DNA of 64,000 nt. Source: Paraspadella gotoi. Lineage: Eukaryota; Animalia; Chaetognatha. The notes beneath the pieces were generated by a model. It had not been told where the DNA came from. It was given only the letters and a program-made list of their open reading frames with translations, and searched no databases. The stretch lies in contig CM119266.1 of assembly GCA_051294375.1 (NCBI GenBank), positions 14,906,999 through 14,970,998 of the forward strand, read 5' to 3'. The position numbers and the translations under genes were made by a program. Position 1 is the stretch's first letter. Each line of letters begins with the position of its first letter. Of this stretch, positions 1-22,150 are shown piece after piece.

Positions 1-1398
1 AGAGAGAGAGAGCAACTTCGTGAAATATTTATGGCGTCGATCATGATACAGAAAAAGGTTTAAATATTTCATCTTCCGCCTTTAACCGTAATTCGAGTCA
101 GTTACCAATTCACAACCGGCGACACGCCTACCTTGACGCCCATCCTTTCCCTCCTCCACCCCTTCCTTCACCTTCGCCCCCTCAACCACCATCACCCCTC
201 CATCCGACCTCGGTCGACCCTCTTACGCCTTCTTTCTCCCGTCGATTTCCCATTTTTTCGCTTCGGCCATTTTGTTTTGCCGCCTTCTTTTAAATGCCNN
301 NNNNNNNNNNNNNNNNNNNNNNNNNNNNNNNNNNNNNNNNNNNNNNNNNNNNNNNNNNNNNNNNNNNNNNNNNNNNNNNNNNNNNNNNNNNNNNNNNNNN
401 NNNNNNNNNNNNNNNNNNNNNNNNNNNNNNNNNNNNNNNNNNNNNNNNNNNNNNNNNNNNNNNNNNNNNNNNNNNNNNNNNNNNNNNNNNNNNNNNNNNN
501 NNNNNNNNNNNNNNNNNNNNNNNNNNNNNNNNNNNNNNNNNNNNNNNNNNNNNNNNNNNNNNNNNNNNNNNNNNNNNNNNNNNNNNNNNNNNNNNNNNNN
601 NNNNNNNNNNNNNNNNNNNNNNNNNNNNNNNNNNNNNNNNNNNNNNNNNNNNNNNNNNNNNNNNNNNNNNNNNNNNNNNNNNNNNNNNNNNNNNNNNNNN
701 NNNNNNNNNNNNNNNNNNNNNNNNNNNNNNNNNNGTAGACGAAGTGAAAATTTTTCGCTTTTTATTTCTTCATTCATTCTTTCGTCGTTGCGATTATAAC
801 AGGCGACCCTTTTCAGCTTTCTCTCTCTGTTCCTCATCTATTTATATGTCTACGTTGTTTTTTAACAAAAGTTTTGGAAAGAAAAAACAGATTGCTCACC
901 CAAGTGCTTTTTCCCAACCCACACGCGACATCCCCGATCCAACATCTTAATTCTACTCCCCCCCCCTTTTTATTTTGAATTCCCAAAAAAACTCGAAGAT
1001 CGAGAGACAAAAGACTCTCACTCTCCTTTTTTTCTCGCCTCATTTAGAATTTAAAATTCTGCGCCGAAAAAAATCAGCNNNNNNNNNNNNNNNNNNNNNN
1101 NNNNNNNNNNNNNNNNNNNNNNNNNNNNNNNNNNNNNNNNNNNNNNNNNNNNNNNNNNNNNNNNNNNNNNNNNNNNNNNNNNNNNNNNNNNNNNNNNNNN
1201 NNNNNNNNNNNNNNNNNNNNNNNNNNNNNNNNNNNNNNNNNNNNNNNNNNNNNNNNNNNNNNNNNNNNNNNNNNNNNNNNNNNNNNNNNNNNNNNNNNNN
1301 NNNNNNNNNNNNNNNNNNNNNNNNNNNNTTTGAAAAAAATACGCCTTTTCTCCAATTTTACGGGTTGCATCCTTCTTTTTAACGGCCATCGTAAAGTC

Positions 1399-1405
1399 GG
1401 CGGCA

Positions 1406-1450
<45 letters not shown>
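1399..1450. repeat. (GGC)n microsatellite
   Basis: Nearly pure GGC run. Confidence 0.9.
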
Positions 1451-3121
1451 TGAGGCGGAAAAAAAAAAGAACGTCGTCCGCATTAGTTATTCCCGCCCGT
1501 GTATATTCATTTGCGACGCGAAACGAGAGATGGCGGAGCGCGATCAAGAACAAAAGGCGATCGCGAGGAGGCCGAGAATGAGAAATGAAAAGAAATGAGC
1601 GGAGAGAAGAAGAGAGAGACAGAAAAAGAGAAAAGCCCCGAGACACAGAGAGCGAGCCTCTCTTTCCCCGCGATTTTGTCATGATAATTCGCCTTTTGTT
1701 TCGCGCCTTTTCTTCTGTTTTTTCGGGCCGAGTTTTTTTCGGGAGGAGGATAATGGCGGCGCATTATTTTTCTTTTCTCCCATTTTTGGAGGAACGTCCT
1801 TGAGAGAGTCCCCAGCCTTCTCTCTAGCACGCCCCATTTTCCTTTCTCTTCTCTCTCTCTACAGATCTCTTGTCTAATCTTTCTTTTCTCCTTCTCTTTC
1901 TCTTAGACTCGCCAGGGTTTTCTAAAAAATAATATGTGAAAGGGTGAGAGAAGAAAAAGTCAAAAGATTTTTGATTCGCCTCCTTCAGTTTCTTCTTGTT
2001 TTTCTTCTTTTTTTTTTTCTTTTTTTTTGCTCTTTTCTCATTTCGTCCCCATTTTTTTTTCTTTTCGAGCTTTTTTATTCTCATTCGAACTCAGCTATGC
2101 AAATTAGACTCGCGTTTCTATTTCGTTTTTAACGCCGGATCAGTCTCCTCTCCTTTCTCCCTTTCTCAACCACCTCCCTCTCTTTCTCACGCTAAGCTTC
2201 CTCCTTTCCATCTCTCTCTCCAACGCCTTCTCCCTTCTCTCTCTCCAACGCCTTCTCCCTTCTCTCTCTCGAAAATCTCCCTACTTTTTAAAGTTTTTTC
2301 GCCGGCGGGGAGGGGGGAGAAGGAGAGCGAGCGAAGGAGTCTTTTTAAAGTTTGCATAATTTTCTTTGGCTATTTTAAAAATTTCGTTCGGCCCCAAAAC
2401 TAGAAACTTTTTTGGCATACTGGAACGGGGAGTAAGTAACGGATGCAGACTCTTCGCACGGGGCGGAGAAAAAGAAGCGAGACACCTACCAAAAACTTTG
2501 GCGTCTCCTTTTAATTTTACGCTTTAGCTACTTTTTTTTAAAAGCTTTTTCGATTTTATATTTTTTTAAAACTTTGTTCCTGCTTGTCTCTTTCCCCTCG
2601 CTCAAAAAACACAAAAAAACACACACACACAAAAAAAAAAAACTAAAAAAAAGAAGAAAAGGAAAAAGAAACAAGGAAAAAAGAAGAAAGAGGAGTGATC
2701 AACTATTTTGAATTTCAAGGTGGCATCCTTCAATGGAAGGTTCATGGGTGCTATTAATGCAGTTGAAAAACTCGAGGCTGATTACCATTTGTTTCCATTT
2801 TAACGGCCTNNNNNNNNNNCTCTCTGGACTCCTTACAAGTGCCCTTGATTCCCGAAAAAACCTGATCCATAAAAAATAAAGCGGATTAAAAGAAAAAAGA
2901 GCATCTGACGCTGACGCCATAGAAACCGTAACGAGGGCATCGACGGGCGTCGTCGTTATCCGCTCCGAACTTTCGAGCGGCGCCGTTCCTTTATTTTTTT
3001 AGTACTAAGTCTACGTAGAAGCGGCGTCGATGGAAAACGACGCCGGTAAATCTGGCTTCGTGACTCGCGTGCCGCATCTGGAAACCGACATTCCGGAAAC
3101 AATGACGTCTTCTTTTAGCGA

Positions 3122-3232
<111 letters not shown>

Positions 3233-3355
3233 TTCTTTTAAAAAAAGGAAGGGTTAAGACCCTAAAAACTGTTAAAATCGGATTTCTTGTATAAAACTCG
3301 ACTCGATTCCGAGGCATGAGCTTCTTCTTCTTTTTCGTTGTCGTCTTCTTCTTCT

Positions 3356-3393
<38 letters not shown>

Positions 3394-5532
3394 CTCGGTC
3401 CAAATGCTCCGCGTGAAGAGAGAAGAATTTTAAACGTGTCCGCTTTTTCATGAACCTTCTTTCGGCCGAGTGAAATTAATAGAATTTCTCAGGGACGCAG
3501 ACGAGGATGAAGACGACGAGAAAGAAGCCAACAACGAAGATTCCAACGACTAAGACGGCGAAACTTGTCTCGCTTTACGAAAATATGTATTAAATATGTA
3601 TTAAAATAAAGCGAAAGAAATGCATTCATGAAACGTAGTAGTAAATTAGAAACGGTACTAAGTCGTGAATGTGAGTATATTGGATTAAAATTTCATTCAG
3701 TCGTGGATCCTGAATCTTAAAAAATTAACTATCTTGTTTGTGTAATGTTTATGTTGGTAGAGGATTTCTTCCACACAAAAATGACCCAATAAATTGCTAA
3801 CAATAGCTAGAATAGTGCAGTCATTTCTGCAGTCTCTATAAAAAGTTTTTTTTATAAAATTATTTCACAAAATCTTCTTCAAATATTTTATTTTCAACGA
3901 AGAATCGACCGTAAATAAGTCGAAAATTCGATTCGATTCGACGACGAAACAAAAAATGAAAACCAAAAACCCTTTTCGCGCCGATTAAAGCGCCGCGGAT
4001 TCAGCGCCGGTATTTGCGGCGCCAATTTCCCCCAACAATTTTTACGTCTCTCTCTCTCTNNNNNNNNNNNNNNNNNNNNNNNNNNNNNNNNNNNNNNNNN
4101 NNNNNNNNNNNNNNNNNNNNNNNNNNNNNNNNNNNNNNNNNNNNNNNNNNNNNNNNNNNNNNNNNNNNNNNNNNNNNNNNNNNNNNNNNNNNNNNNNNNN
4201 NNNNNNNNNNNNNNNNNNNNNNNNNNNNNNNNNNNNNNNNNNNNNNNNNNNNNNNNNNNNNNNNNNNNNNNNNNNNNNNNNNNNNNNNNNNNNNNNNNNN
4301 NNNNNNNNNNNNNNNNNNNNNNNNNNNNNNNNNNNNNNNNNNNNNNNNNNNNNNNNNNNNNNNNNNNNNNNNNNNNNNNNNNNNNNNNNNNNNNNNNNNN
4401 NNNNNNNNNNNNNNNNNNNNNNNNNNNNGGGGGGGGGAAAGCGGCGATTCTAAAATTGGAAAAAGGGATAAAACAAAAATGGCGACCTCTGTGGCTGCGG
4501 CGGCGGCGGCGGCGAAGCGGTGAGGCGGCGCTCAAGAGGCAAATCGCGCGCCGCTTTTCGGACAATTTTTTTTTTTCTGTCTTCCTCGAGGAGAAGAAAC
4601 GTGTGGAGAAGACGAAAATATTCTAAGGATCGTAAAAACAGAGCGGGAAGTCGGAGAGAAGGCTCTTGCCCCCTCGCCCGGCCCCCGACTATCCCCCCAC
4701 TCCGCTCGGCTCCCATTGCGGACCTCCCCCCTCCTCGTCCGGGCGCCCCCCGTGGCCTCGGCAAAAAACTTTTTTATTATTATTCAAAGTATTAAATATT
4801 GCGATTGTTTCGTGATCCGTGGGTCAAGCGAGAGGTTTAGAACTAGGCGAAGTGGAATTTCGTTTATAAATTTTATAATATCTCCTGGCTTTCATTTTTT
4901 TGATTTTTTTTTTTCAGAAAATAAATCTTTTGTCCGCTGACGACAATTTCGATTTGCTACAATAAACACAAATCTCATCTGTTTTAACTTGTTACGACCC
5001 TTTTTGGTACTAGATCCTTCGTTCCCTCCCCTTCAGATTATCACTAAATTCGTCATCTTCGCTACAAAACTCTCCCTGACCCATGGCATCTCCACGCACC
5101 CATGCGCCAAATCTCCATGGAAACCCTCTTGACCCACTCGAGAACCGCCCCGCCCCCTTCTGACCCAGTCCGACATCGCCTCTGACCACCTTCACCCCGT
5201 GCATAATCCTCGCGCATAACAGGAGCCAGAAACGGAATTCGAGAAACGAGGGAGCCGGGGGGGAACGAGAGGGTAAGGGTCGCCATCGCTGACGGGGGGT
5301 AAGTGAGTGAGAATCGTAAAAGCCAACGCGATGTCAATAAGACGGAGGGACGTCGGGAAAAGGGGCCGATGAAAAAAAAAGAAGGGGCGCAACGAAAGAG
5401 GTCGCGCCCTGTCAACTTCGCTTTTGATCTCATATTTAACCTTGCCACTTGATTCTGACCCTTTTTCGCCCCTCCTCTCTCTTTTCTCTCTTTTCTCTCT
5501 TTTGCTCTTTGCTCTCTCTTCTCTCTCTCTCT

Positions 5533-5589
<57 letters not shown>

Positions 5590-5887
5590 CTCGCTCTCTC
5601 TGCTTGGAGATTTCTTTATTTTCTGATTTATGGCGTCCTCTTATGTTTTCTACAAATTATGTTCCAAATCCTTTTGATATAGGCTCTTTGGTTTCTCGAG
5701 TTTAAGACTACATATAACTACATATAACTACCTCTAACTATAATATAGACATAAATAAATATTGTATATTCAAAACAAACATCATGTTCTCCAATAGCTG
5801 GTTTAAAATTTGATATAAATATTTTTTTTTCTGGATATTGCTCCTGAATACAAAACACAGAATACAAGACCCCGTAAAAACCATTCT

Positions 5888-7201
5888 TTATAAAGACGTC
5901 AATTTTTGAAGATATTGCTGAAATGAACTTTTGACGCCAACGACCTCCAACGGGTCGCAGTCGTGGGTGCAGTCCACGGATTCGTAGACGATGGAGCATC
6001 TCTTATCAAAACTCTCGGCCCTCTCCAGCATGTCCAGCTCCGCCTGCATAGGAACCCAAGTGTCCAGGGTCGAGTAGACAAAGAGCAGACACCCGTCAAA
6101 ATCCTCCAGTCCGTTTTCAAGAGTATCCAGCTGATTAGTGATCACGTGTTTGGCCGCCCAGCCCGTCAGCATAAGGATTTCATCCACGCGCGTCGGCATG
6201 CTGTCGATGGAATTGTAAAGGGCCAAGCCGACACGCGGTGTTGTCGACGCGTTCGCCTTCTCCAACGCCCGTCCTTCCTTCGCCATGAGGGCGGCGACGG
6301 AACCGCCCATAGAAAATCCCCAGTGGACGAGCGCCTTGGGCCCTTCCGTCATCGCCATCGCCGTCACTTTCCGCGCCGAGGCGTAGATGGCGTCTTCGCT
6401 GGCCACGCCCTCGCTTCGCCCGTAACCCGGATAGTCGTAGGTAAAGACCCGGATGCCCATGGCGGTCAACATCCGGTAAAAGTTGGCGTAGTAATTGATC
6501 TGAGTCCCGGACCCGGAGTGATAGACCAGCGTGGCGTCCAGGTGCGCCAAGGAACCGTTGGAGTTTCCGTCCAGACGCCACACGTTGAAATAGGCGGCGC
6601 TGTTGTCCCCGAGTTCGTCGTCGGCGCGAAGACGCACGAAGATGTCATCTCGAGAGAGCATGGTGTAGTTGTAGTCGCAGACCGACGCCGGGCGCGTTTT
6701 GGCGCCTGTTTCGTTGACTGACGCCACCGGCGCGGTCACGGTGAGGTTGGCGATGGTTGCGGCGCAGGCGAAGTTGGCGAAGGTGAGCATGTCCTGGAGG
6801 ATGGGGACGATGATGCAGGTGACGACGACGGAGAGGAAGTAGGAGAGGACGACGCAGATGAGCAAGACGACGAAAACGACGAGGCACTTGGAAAGACGGG
6901 AAGGGGAAGAGTCGTCGTCGTCATCGTCGTTATGGGCCGACCAATCGTTCTTCGACGACATCTCGTGTCCATAGTTGACGCGACCCTTGGAAGGCGTGCC
7001 CGAGCCGGTTAAGGGTCCTTTCTCGCCAGTTCGTCGACGATCGAAGCTCAACATCCAACGACGGAGACGAGATTTGCAGCAGCAGCAGCATAGTCCCATT
7101 GAGCAGAAAACGCTGCAGCAAATTAGAAAAAGGACGACCCATATGAGCGGATCGATGAGGTAATAGTAGGAGGGAAAATCCACTTCGCGTACAACCTTCA
7201 T
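5888..7201 (-). CDS. Intronless membrane-anchored alpha/beta-hydrolase, ABHD12/13/17 (BEM46-like) type serine hydrolase, 437 aa
   Basis: Long GC-rich ORF in AT-rich flanks. The ATG at 7201 is preceded by GCC (the ORF track starts at an upstream TTG, 7207) and the TAA is at 5888. Motifs: VFTYDYPGYGRSEG followed by SEDAIYASA (typical of ABHD12/13/17), nucleophile elbow HWGFSMGG, probable catalytic Asp in YSTLDTWVP and His in CTHD. Two hydrophobic segments and a Cys cluster lie in the N-terminal part. Confidence 0.9.
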   Translation of the reverse strand: MKVVREVDFPSYYYLIDPLIWVVLFLICCSVFCSMGLCCCCCKSRLRRWMLSFDRRRTGEKGPLTGSGTPSKGRVNYGHEMSSKNDWSAHNDDDDDDSSPSRLSKCLVVFVVLLICVVLSYFLSVVVTCIIVPILQDMLTFANFACAATIANLTVTAPVASVNETGAKTRPASVCDYNYTMLSRDDIFVRLRADDELGDNSAAYFNVWRLDGNSNGSLAHLDATLVYHSGSGTQINYYANFYRMLTAMGIRVFTYDYPGYGRSEGVASEDAIYASARKVTAMAMTEGPKALVHWGFSMGGSVAALMAKEGRALEKANASTTPRVGLALYNSIDSMPTRVDEILMLTGWAAKHVITNQLDTLENGLEDFDGCLLFVYSTLDTWVPMQAELDMLERAESFDKRCSIVYESVDCTHDCDPLEVVGVKSSFQQYLQKLTSL

Positions 7202-7362
7202 GGCCAAGTCCTTTTGATGATTTTTTTTTTAAAGTTTATAAATAGTCACTGGGTTGGGTATTAATACTTTTTATAAAATTGTAAACGAGTTAGTTAGTTT
7301 CCTAAATTAATTTTGTTTAGTTCATTCTGCAAGGTTTTGTGGCTTAGGTTTTGGTCGATGTT

Positions 7363-15990
<8,628 letters not shown>

Positions 15991-16328
15991 TTAAGGGGAG
16001 GAGAATCAATTCTGTTAATTGTGGATAGTTTGCATGGAAAAGCGCCTTGGCCCTTAACAATCATTATCTCAAAGGTTTAGAGCACGAGGACTTGTGACAG
16101 GTGGATAATCGAAAAAAATTTTGAAAAAATAAATACGAGACCCTGCACTTTCGAGTTTACAGTTAATACGTGTTTCAACTACATACAGTGATGAGAAGAT
16201 GTTATGACGGTCAGAAATCAGTGAAATCTTTTTATGTTTAAAATAACTTTACCGTATTTTTTTCCCTAAGAAAAAAATCTTAAAAGAAAGGACCAAGCTT
16301 GCCTCAATGACAGACAAGGATATGTGGG

Positions 16329-16440
16329 ATGCGATGATAACCAAAATATTGATGCGATGATAAGCCAAAGGATTGGATGTGATAATAACAGGCAAATGAT
16401 TGATGCTATGCATAGGTCAATTCATTGACGTGATGAATCA
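16329..16440. repeat. Degenerate ~24-bp minisatellite (4-5 units)
   Basis: GATGCGATGATAACCAAAATATT, GATGCGATGATAAGCCAAAGGATT, GATGTGATAATAACAGGCAAATGATT and further decayed units. Confidence 0.55.
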
Positions 16441-17033
16441 TTTCTATCTATAAAATAAAACATACAAATGCGTGTAATGAGTGAAAGAGAGAGAGAGGAG
16501 GAAGAGAGAGAGAGAGAGATAGAAGCTGGAGAGACGCTGCAGAGCCGGAAACTTCGTTTTTTGTAAAAAAAAATAGAGATAGAGAGAGAGTTATGTATTA
16601 GAGAGAGAGAGAGAGAAGAGAGCCGGAACTCGTTTACCTCTTTTACATGTCGTTTGAAGTTGTTTTTCCGACTTCACAGCCCCGGAGTCCGCGCCGTTCG
16701 AAGAACGTTGCCGCGTAAACCTTGAAATTTTGACGAGGAGATTTCGAACTGAATGTTTCGCGCGCTGATCTCGAAGATAAATCAATGAATAAAAAAAGAT
16801 TTTGAATAAATAAAAAATAAAATAATGAAAGATGAATAAGCCAGAAAGAGAGGAAACTTTATTGTACAGGAAAATCCGGTAAAACCAATATTCGGAACGG
16901 GCAAGAAGATGTTAAATGGTGAAGGGTCTTAAACGAACTACCTAGAGACGGTCCCTGCTCTCTCCCTCTCGTCTCTTCTCTCTGTAAAAAGAAAAGAAAT
17001 TGCAAAAGCCGCTAAACTAACTCAGATATCGGT

Positions 17034-17081
<48 letters not shown>

Positions 17082-18096
17082 TATATACAAGGGTAAGGCA
17101 TATACATTTATCACTTAGTGACCGGTGGTAAGAAAAAGGGAATAGCTAAAATTTTTTTGTAAAAAAAAGAGATAAGAGAGTGAGAGTTTTTCCGCGCCAA
17201 CGAGACGCAATATTAGGTTCAGACACTCGTTTATATCGGTTTCACGTTGCTCGCAAGGACGGGCTGCGTGATTCTCGGTCAAGTTTATTAGGTCATGTTC
17301 CTCGCATTGTTTACTCGTTGGCCGCACAACGCAACGGCAACGAAATGAAGGTCAAGTAAGTTATTCTTCACATTTTCTTCAAAAAAAATCCACGAAAATC
17401 TCAGATGGTAATTTGGGATTTTTGTATTTTTTTAAAGTTTTTAAAAGTTTTTAAAAGAAAAAAATAATCTGAAATTTTCAAAAAACGAATGATCAACAGC
17501 TAGAAGATCATCGGCAGAGAGAGAGAGAGACAACAGAGAGACACAGAAGAGACAAAAGCAATTCAAATCATTTTTTATTTAAATAATCAAAAAACCTATT
17601 ATAAATAGTAAACTGGGGATTAATATAACAAACCAATGAAGCAAGTATAAAGATTTTTTCTGCAATTCTCTGAACCTAAAAAGTAACTAAACCAAAAAAG
17701 AGACACTGAAAGAAAGTGACACAATTTTAAAAGTTCATTAGGGAAGGAGCATCAGGGAGCAAGGAGGAATCGTCTGCTGAGATGAGCTTCAAATTAAATG
17801 CGCAAATGTAAATCTTGAAATTTTTGTTTCGTCTTTTGTCAGATGAATTAAATAATCTAATAAAAAATTATAAAATTGTTTATTAGCTGTTAAAATTATT
17901 GTTTCATTTACTAAAATTTTTAGTTTAGATTAAATGAAATATTAAATCTCGTTTGCCCAAATTGCAAATTTACCTGGGATAATCGCATTTTTAGATCCAT
18001 GGTAAGTAGACTCAACTTGACTTGTGATTCCATGAGCCTCATGATGAGGAGATTAAAAACCTTTGAAGCTTTCTACGTAAAACTTATCTGAGAAAG

Positions 18097-18121
18097 NNNN
18101 NNNNNNNNNNNNNNNNNNNNN
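18097..18121. other. 25-N assembly gap (also 28822-28846, 45478-45502, 53971-53995); larger gaps at 299-734, 1079-1328, 4060-4428, 30006-30167, 32059-32345, 54505-54604, 56203-56464, 56612-56773, 57114-57607
   Basis: N runs read directly from the sequence. Confidence 0.97.
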
Positions 18122-18505
18122 CAGATGAGATCAGCATCAGATCATCTTTTTGAAACTATCTTCGATTCCTCATCAGTTTCGTCATCTTTATCATCTTCAT
18201 CTTCGACGTCGTCGTCCCTCTCTCTCTCTTCAACGTCCATGAACTCGGAATAATTATCCTCGCTCGTTTTTCCATCGGATCAAAATTTCTAGCGCCAGAA
18301 TATATTTATTTATTTTTATCTTGGAAGGAACGATAAAAAAAAAAAGAGCAGACATCGTCGCGATTATTCCTTTTATTTTATTTTGCTTTTTCTCTCTCTT
18401 TTCTTGCTCTTTTTTGACAAAAAAAATGCGCATAAAACATGAGAAAAGATCTCTCTACATTAGTTTCCACTTCTCAATGCCTTATTAGCATCGGCGAAAG
18501 CAGAG
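18122..18505 (+). repeat. Additional partial copy of 12873-13280, directly abutting the left end of satellite array 1
   Basis: CAGATGAGATCAGCATCAGATCATC...TAGCATCGGCGAA matches 12873-13280 and ~28110-28565. Confidence 0.9.
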
Positions 18506-21500
18506 AAGATTTCCCGCAGCTTTGGTTCAAAAATAAGCCCTGTTTTCTGCAGCAAAAAGATCATTCTGGCCATGAAAAATCCCTTTTAATATTTTTAGTA
18601 AAATAGTCCTGCCAACAGGAATTGATTCCTGCTTGTTAGTTGGAAAAAGGAATTTTGTCTAAGATTTGTTTGAGAATGGACTGTTCCTGCCAGCAAAAAA
18701 ATCATTCTTGTCATGAAATCCCCTTAATATTTTTAGTTAAATAAGTCCTGCAACGAGGATATTCCCTGGCTGTGGAAGAAAAAAATCCCCTGCAAAAAGA
18801 TTTCCTAAAGATTTTGTTTGAAATGTGTTTGCCAGCTTGTGAAATTCATTTAATATTTTGGTTAGTCCTGCCCAACAGGAATTATTCCTGCTGTGAGAAA
18901 AAATCCTGCAAGATTCCTAGTTTTTTTTGAAAAATGACTGTTCCTGGCAAGAAAAATCATTTCCCTGCCATGAAATCCCCTTTACTATTTTTAGTAAAAT
19001 AGTCCTGCGAGATATTCCTGCTGTGAAAAAAAAATCGTGCTAATAAGATTTCCTAAGATTTGTTTGGAAATGACGTGGTTCCTGCCAGCAAAAAATCATT
19101 CCTGATGAAAAATCCTTTAATATATATTAAGTAACATAGTCCTGCCAACAGAAATGTATCCTAGACTGTGGAAAAAGAAGAAATCCTTGCTAATAAGAAG
19201 TTGTTCCTAAGATTTTGTTTTTGAAAAAATGAACTTGTTCCTGCGTATTGCTGTAATTAATCCCTTTGAATATTTTTTAGTAGAATATAGTGCCTGTCCA
19301 AGATTATACCTGGCTGTGAGAAAAATTGTTAGTTTATTGGTTTGGATATTGAAAAATGACTGTTCCTGCCAGCAAAGAGTCATTCCGCTGGCCGATGAAA
19401 AATCCCCTTTAGATATTTTTAGTAAAATAGTCCGCCAACAGAATTATTCCTGCTGTGGTCATGCCAAATTAGAGATATTGATTTTGTTGTGTTAAATGGA
19501 CTGTTGCTGCAGCAAAAAATGCATTCTGCCATATATTTATTTTTAGTAAAAGTAGTCCTGCAACGAAAATATCCGCTGCTGTGAGAAAAATCTGCAAAAG
19601 ATTTCCTAAGATTTTGTTTGAAAAAATGAACTGTTCCTGGTGCCAACAAAAAAATCAGTGTCTCTGCCATGAAAAATCGCCCCCCTTTAATATTTTAGTG
19701 AAATGTCATGGCCAACAGAAAATTAATCCTGCTGTGAGAAAAAATCTGCTATAGATTCCGAGCTTTGGTGTCATAAAATAGCCTGTTCCTGCAGCAAAAA
19801 ATCATTCTGCCATGAAAATTCCCCTTTATATTTTTAGTAAAATAGTCTTGCAACAGAAAATATTCTGCTGTGAGAAAAAATATCCTGCAAAAAGATTTCT
19901 CAGATTTTGGTTTGAAAATGACTGTTCCTGCCTCACAAAAAATCATTCCTGCCATGAAAAATCCCTTTAATATTAGTAAATGTTGCCACAGAAATTAATT
20001 CCTGCTGTGGAAAAAAATCGTTAGCATTTCCTTGGATTTTGTTTGAATGACTGTTTTGCCAGCAAAAAGTCATTCCTAGCCATGAAAATCCCCTTTAATA
20101 TTTTTAGTTTATATCCCTGCCAACAGGAATTAATTCCTGCTGTGAGAAAAAAAATCCTGCCAAAAATTTCCTTTTCGATTTTGTTTGAAAATGCCTGTTT
20201 CCTGCCAGCAAAAAAGTCATGTCCTGCCATGAAAAATCCCTTTTAATATTTTTATTTCTGCCAACGAGGAATTATTCCTGCTGTGAGAAAAATTCCTGCC
20301 AAAAAGATTTTCCTAACATTTTGTTTGAAAAATGACTGTTCCTGCAGCTCATTATGTGTTTTATTTTTAGTAAAATAGTCTGGTTATTCGCCTGGTGAGA
20401 AAAAAATCTGCCAAAAAGATTTCCTAAGTATTTAGATTTGAAAATGAACTGTTCCTGCCAGCAAAAATCATTCCTGCCGATGAAAAATCCCCTTTAACTG
20501 ATTTTTAAGTAAAATAGTCTGCAACAGAAATTAATACCTGCCTTGTGGAAAAAAAAATCCGCTAATAAGATTTCCTAAGATTTTGTTTGAAAAATGACTG
20601 TTCCTAGCCAAGCAAAAAAGTTCATTCATGCCATGAAAAATCCCCTTTAATTTTTAAGTAAAATAGTCCCTGCCAAATAGAAATTAAATCCTGCTGTGAG
20701 AAAAAAAATCCTGCTAATAAGATTTCCTTGGATTTTGGTTTGAAAAATGACTGTTCCCAGCCAGCAAAAAATCAATTCCTGCATAAAATCCCCTTTAATA
20801 TTTTTAAGTAAAATAGTCCTGCCACAGAAAATATTCTGCTGTGAAGAAAAATCCTGGTCCGAAAAGATTTCCTCAGATTTTGTTTGAAAAATGACTGTTC
20901 CTGCAAACCAAAAATCATTCCTGCCATGAAAATTTTTTTTTTTGTAATAGTCTGCCAACAGAAATTAATCCTGCTGTGATGAAAAAAATCCTCTAATAAG
21001 AATTTCCTTGGATTTTATTTGAAAAAATGACTGTTCCTTGCCAAAGCAAAAAAGTCATTTCCTGCCATGAAAAATCCCCTATTAAATATTTTTAGTAAAA
21101 TAGTCCCTGCCAACAAGGATTTATTCCCTGCTGTGAGAAAAAAATCCTGCAGATTTCCTAAGATTTTGTTTGAAAAATGACTGTTTCCTGCCAGCAAAAG
21201 TTATTCTGCATGAAAATCGCCTTATATTTTTAGGAATATGTTAGCCAACAGAAAATATTCTCTGAGGAGATTTGGTTTGATTTTGTTTGAAAATGACTGT
21301 TCCTGCCAAAAAAATCATTCCTGCCGATGAGAAAATCCCCTTTTTTTGTGGATTAATCCTGCTGTGAGAAAATAATCCTGCTATAAGATTTCCCAGAGCT
21401 TTTGTGTTCAGAAAATTGCCTGTTCCCTGAGCAAAATATCAATTATAGCCATGAAAAAATCCCTTAATATTTTTAGTAATGTCTGCGCAACAGGATTATT

Positions 21501-22150
21501 GTGTGGAATATCCCTGCCAAAAGATTTCCTAAGATTTTGTTTGAAAAAATGACTGTTCCTGCGCAGCAAAAAATCATTCCTGCTGAAAATCGTTTTATTT
21601 TTAGTAAAATGTTGGAAATATTCCTGCTGTGGAGAAAAAAATCCTGGCCAAAAGTTGTTTTGTTTGGACATGTTTGTATTATAGCCATGAAAAATCCGCC
21701 TTTAATATTTTTAGATATAAATAGTCCTGCCAACAGAAATTAAATCCTGTGATGAGAAAAAAATCCTGCTATAAGATTTCCTTGGATGTTTTGTTGAAAA
21801 ATGAAACTGTTCCTAGCAGCCCAAAATGTATACCCCTGCCATGAAAAATCCCTTTAATATTTTTAGAAATAGTCGCTGTCTGCCAACTGAAATTAATCAC
21901 TGCTGTTAAAGAAAAAAAGTCCTGCTAATAAATTTCCATTCCTTTTTTGGTTTCAATCCTGCAGGAGTGATATCCTGCCTGTAAAAAAAGATGGACCAAT
22001 CAAAAAAAAACGTTCTGCCAATATATCAATCCTGCTAGAATCCCGTGATTACCAATCAGAGTGATCCTCCTAGTCCTGCTATCAATATTTTTCGAATTCG
22101 TAGTTTTTTATCCTAAATTGAATTGACCATCCTGCCAATGAGCAGAAACC
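18506..22150. repeat. Tandem array of ~143-bp AT-rich satellite units (roughly 24 noisy units) ending in a ~200-bp degenerate tail and a defined terminus
   Basis: Recurrent unit AAAATCCCCTTTAATATTTTTAGTAAAATAGTCCTGCCAACAGAAATTATTCCTGCTGTGAGAAAAAAATCCTGCC...GACTGTTCCTGCCAGCAAAAAATCATTCCTGCCATG. The array ends in ATCCTGCCAATGAGCAGAAACC at 22129-22150. Confidence 0.93.

Noticed and set aside
133-1682. Long ORFs containing X runs (also 3894-4565, 56953-57699 and others)
   Set aside because: They are open only because they cross N gaps.
2752-2861. Possible minus-strand terminal exon (VFSGIKGTCKESRE...AVKMETNGNQPRVFQLH*)
   Set aside because: Interrupted by a gap, short, and with no recognisable homology; cannot be supported.
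5963-6721. 252-aa plus-strand ORF and other overlapping ORFs
   Set aside because: Antisense or alternate-frame shadows of the GC-rich hydrolase CDS.
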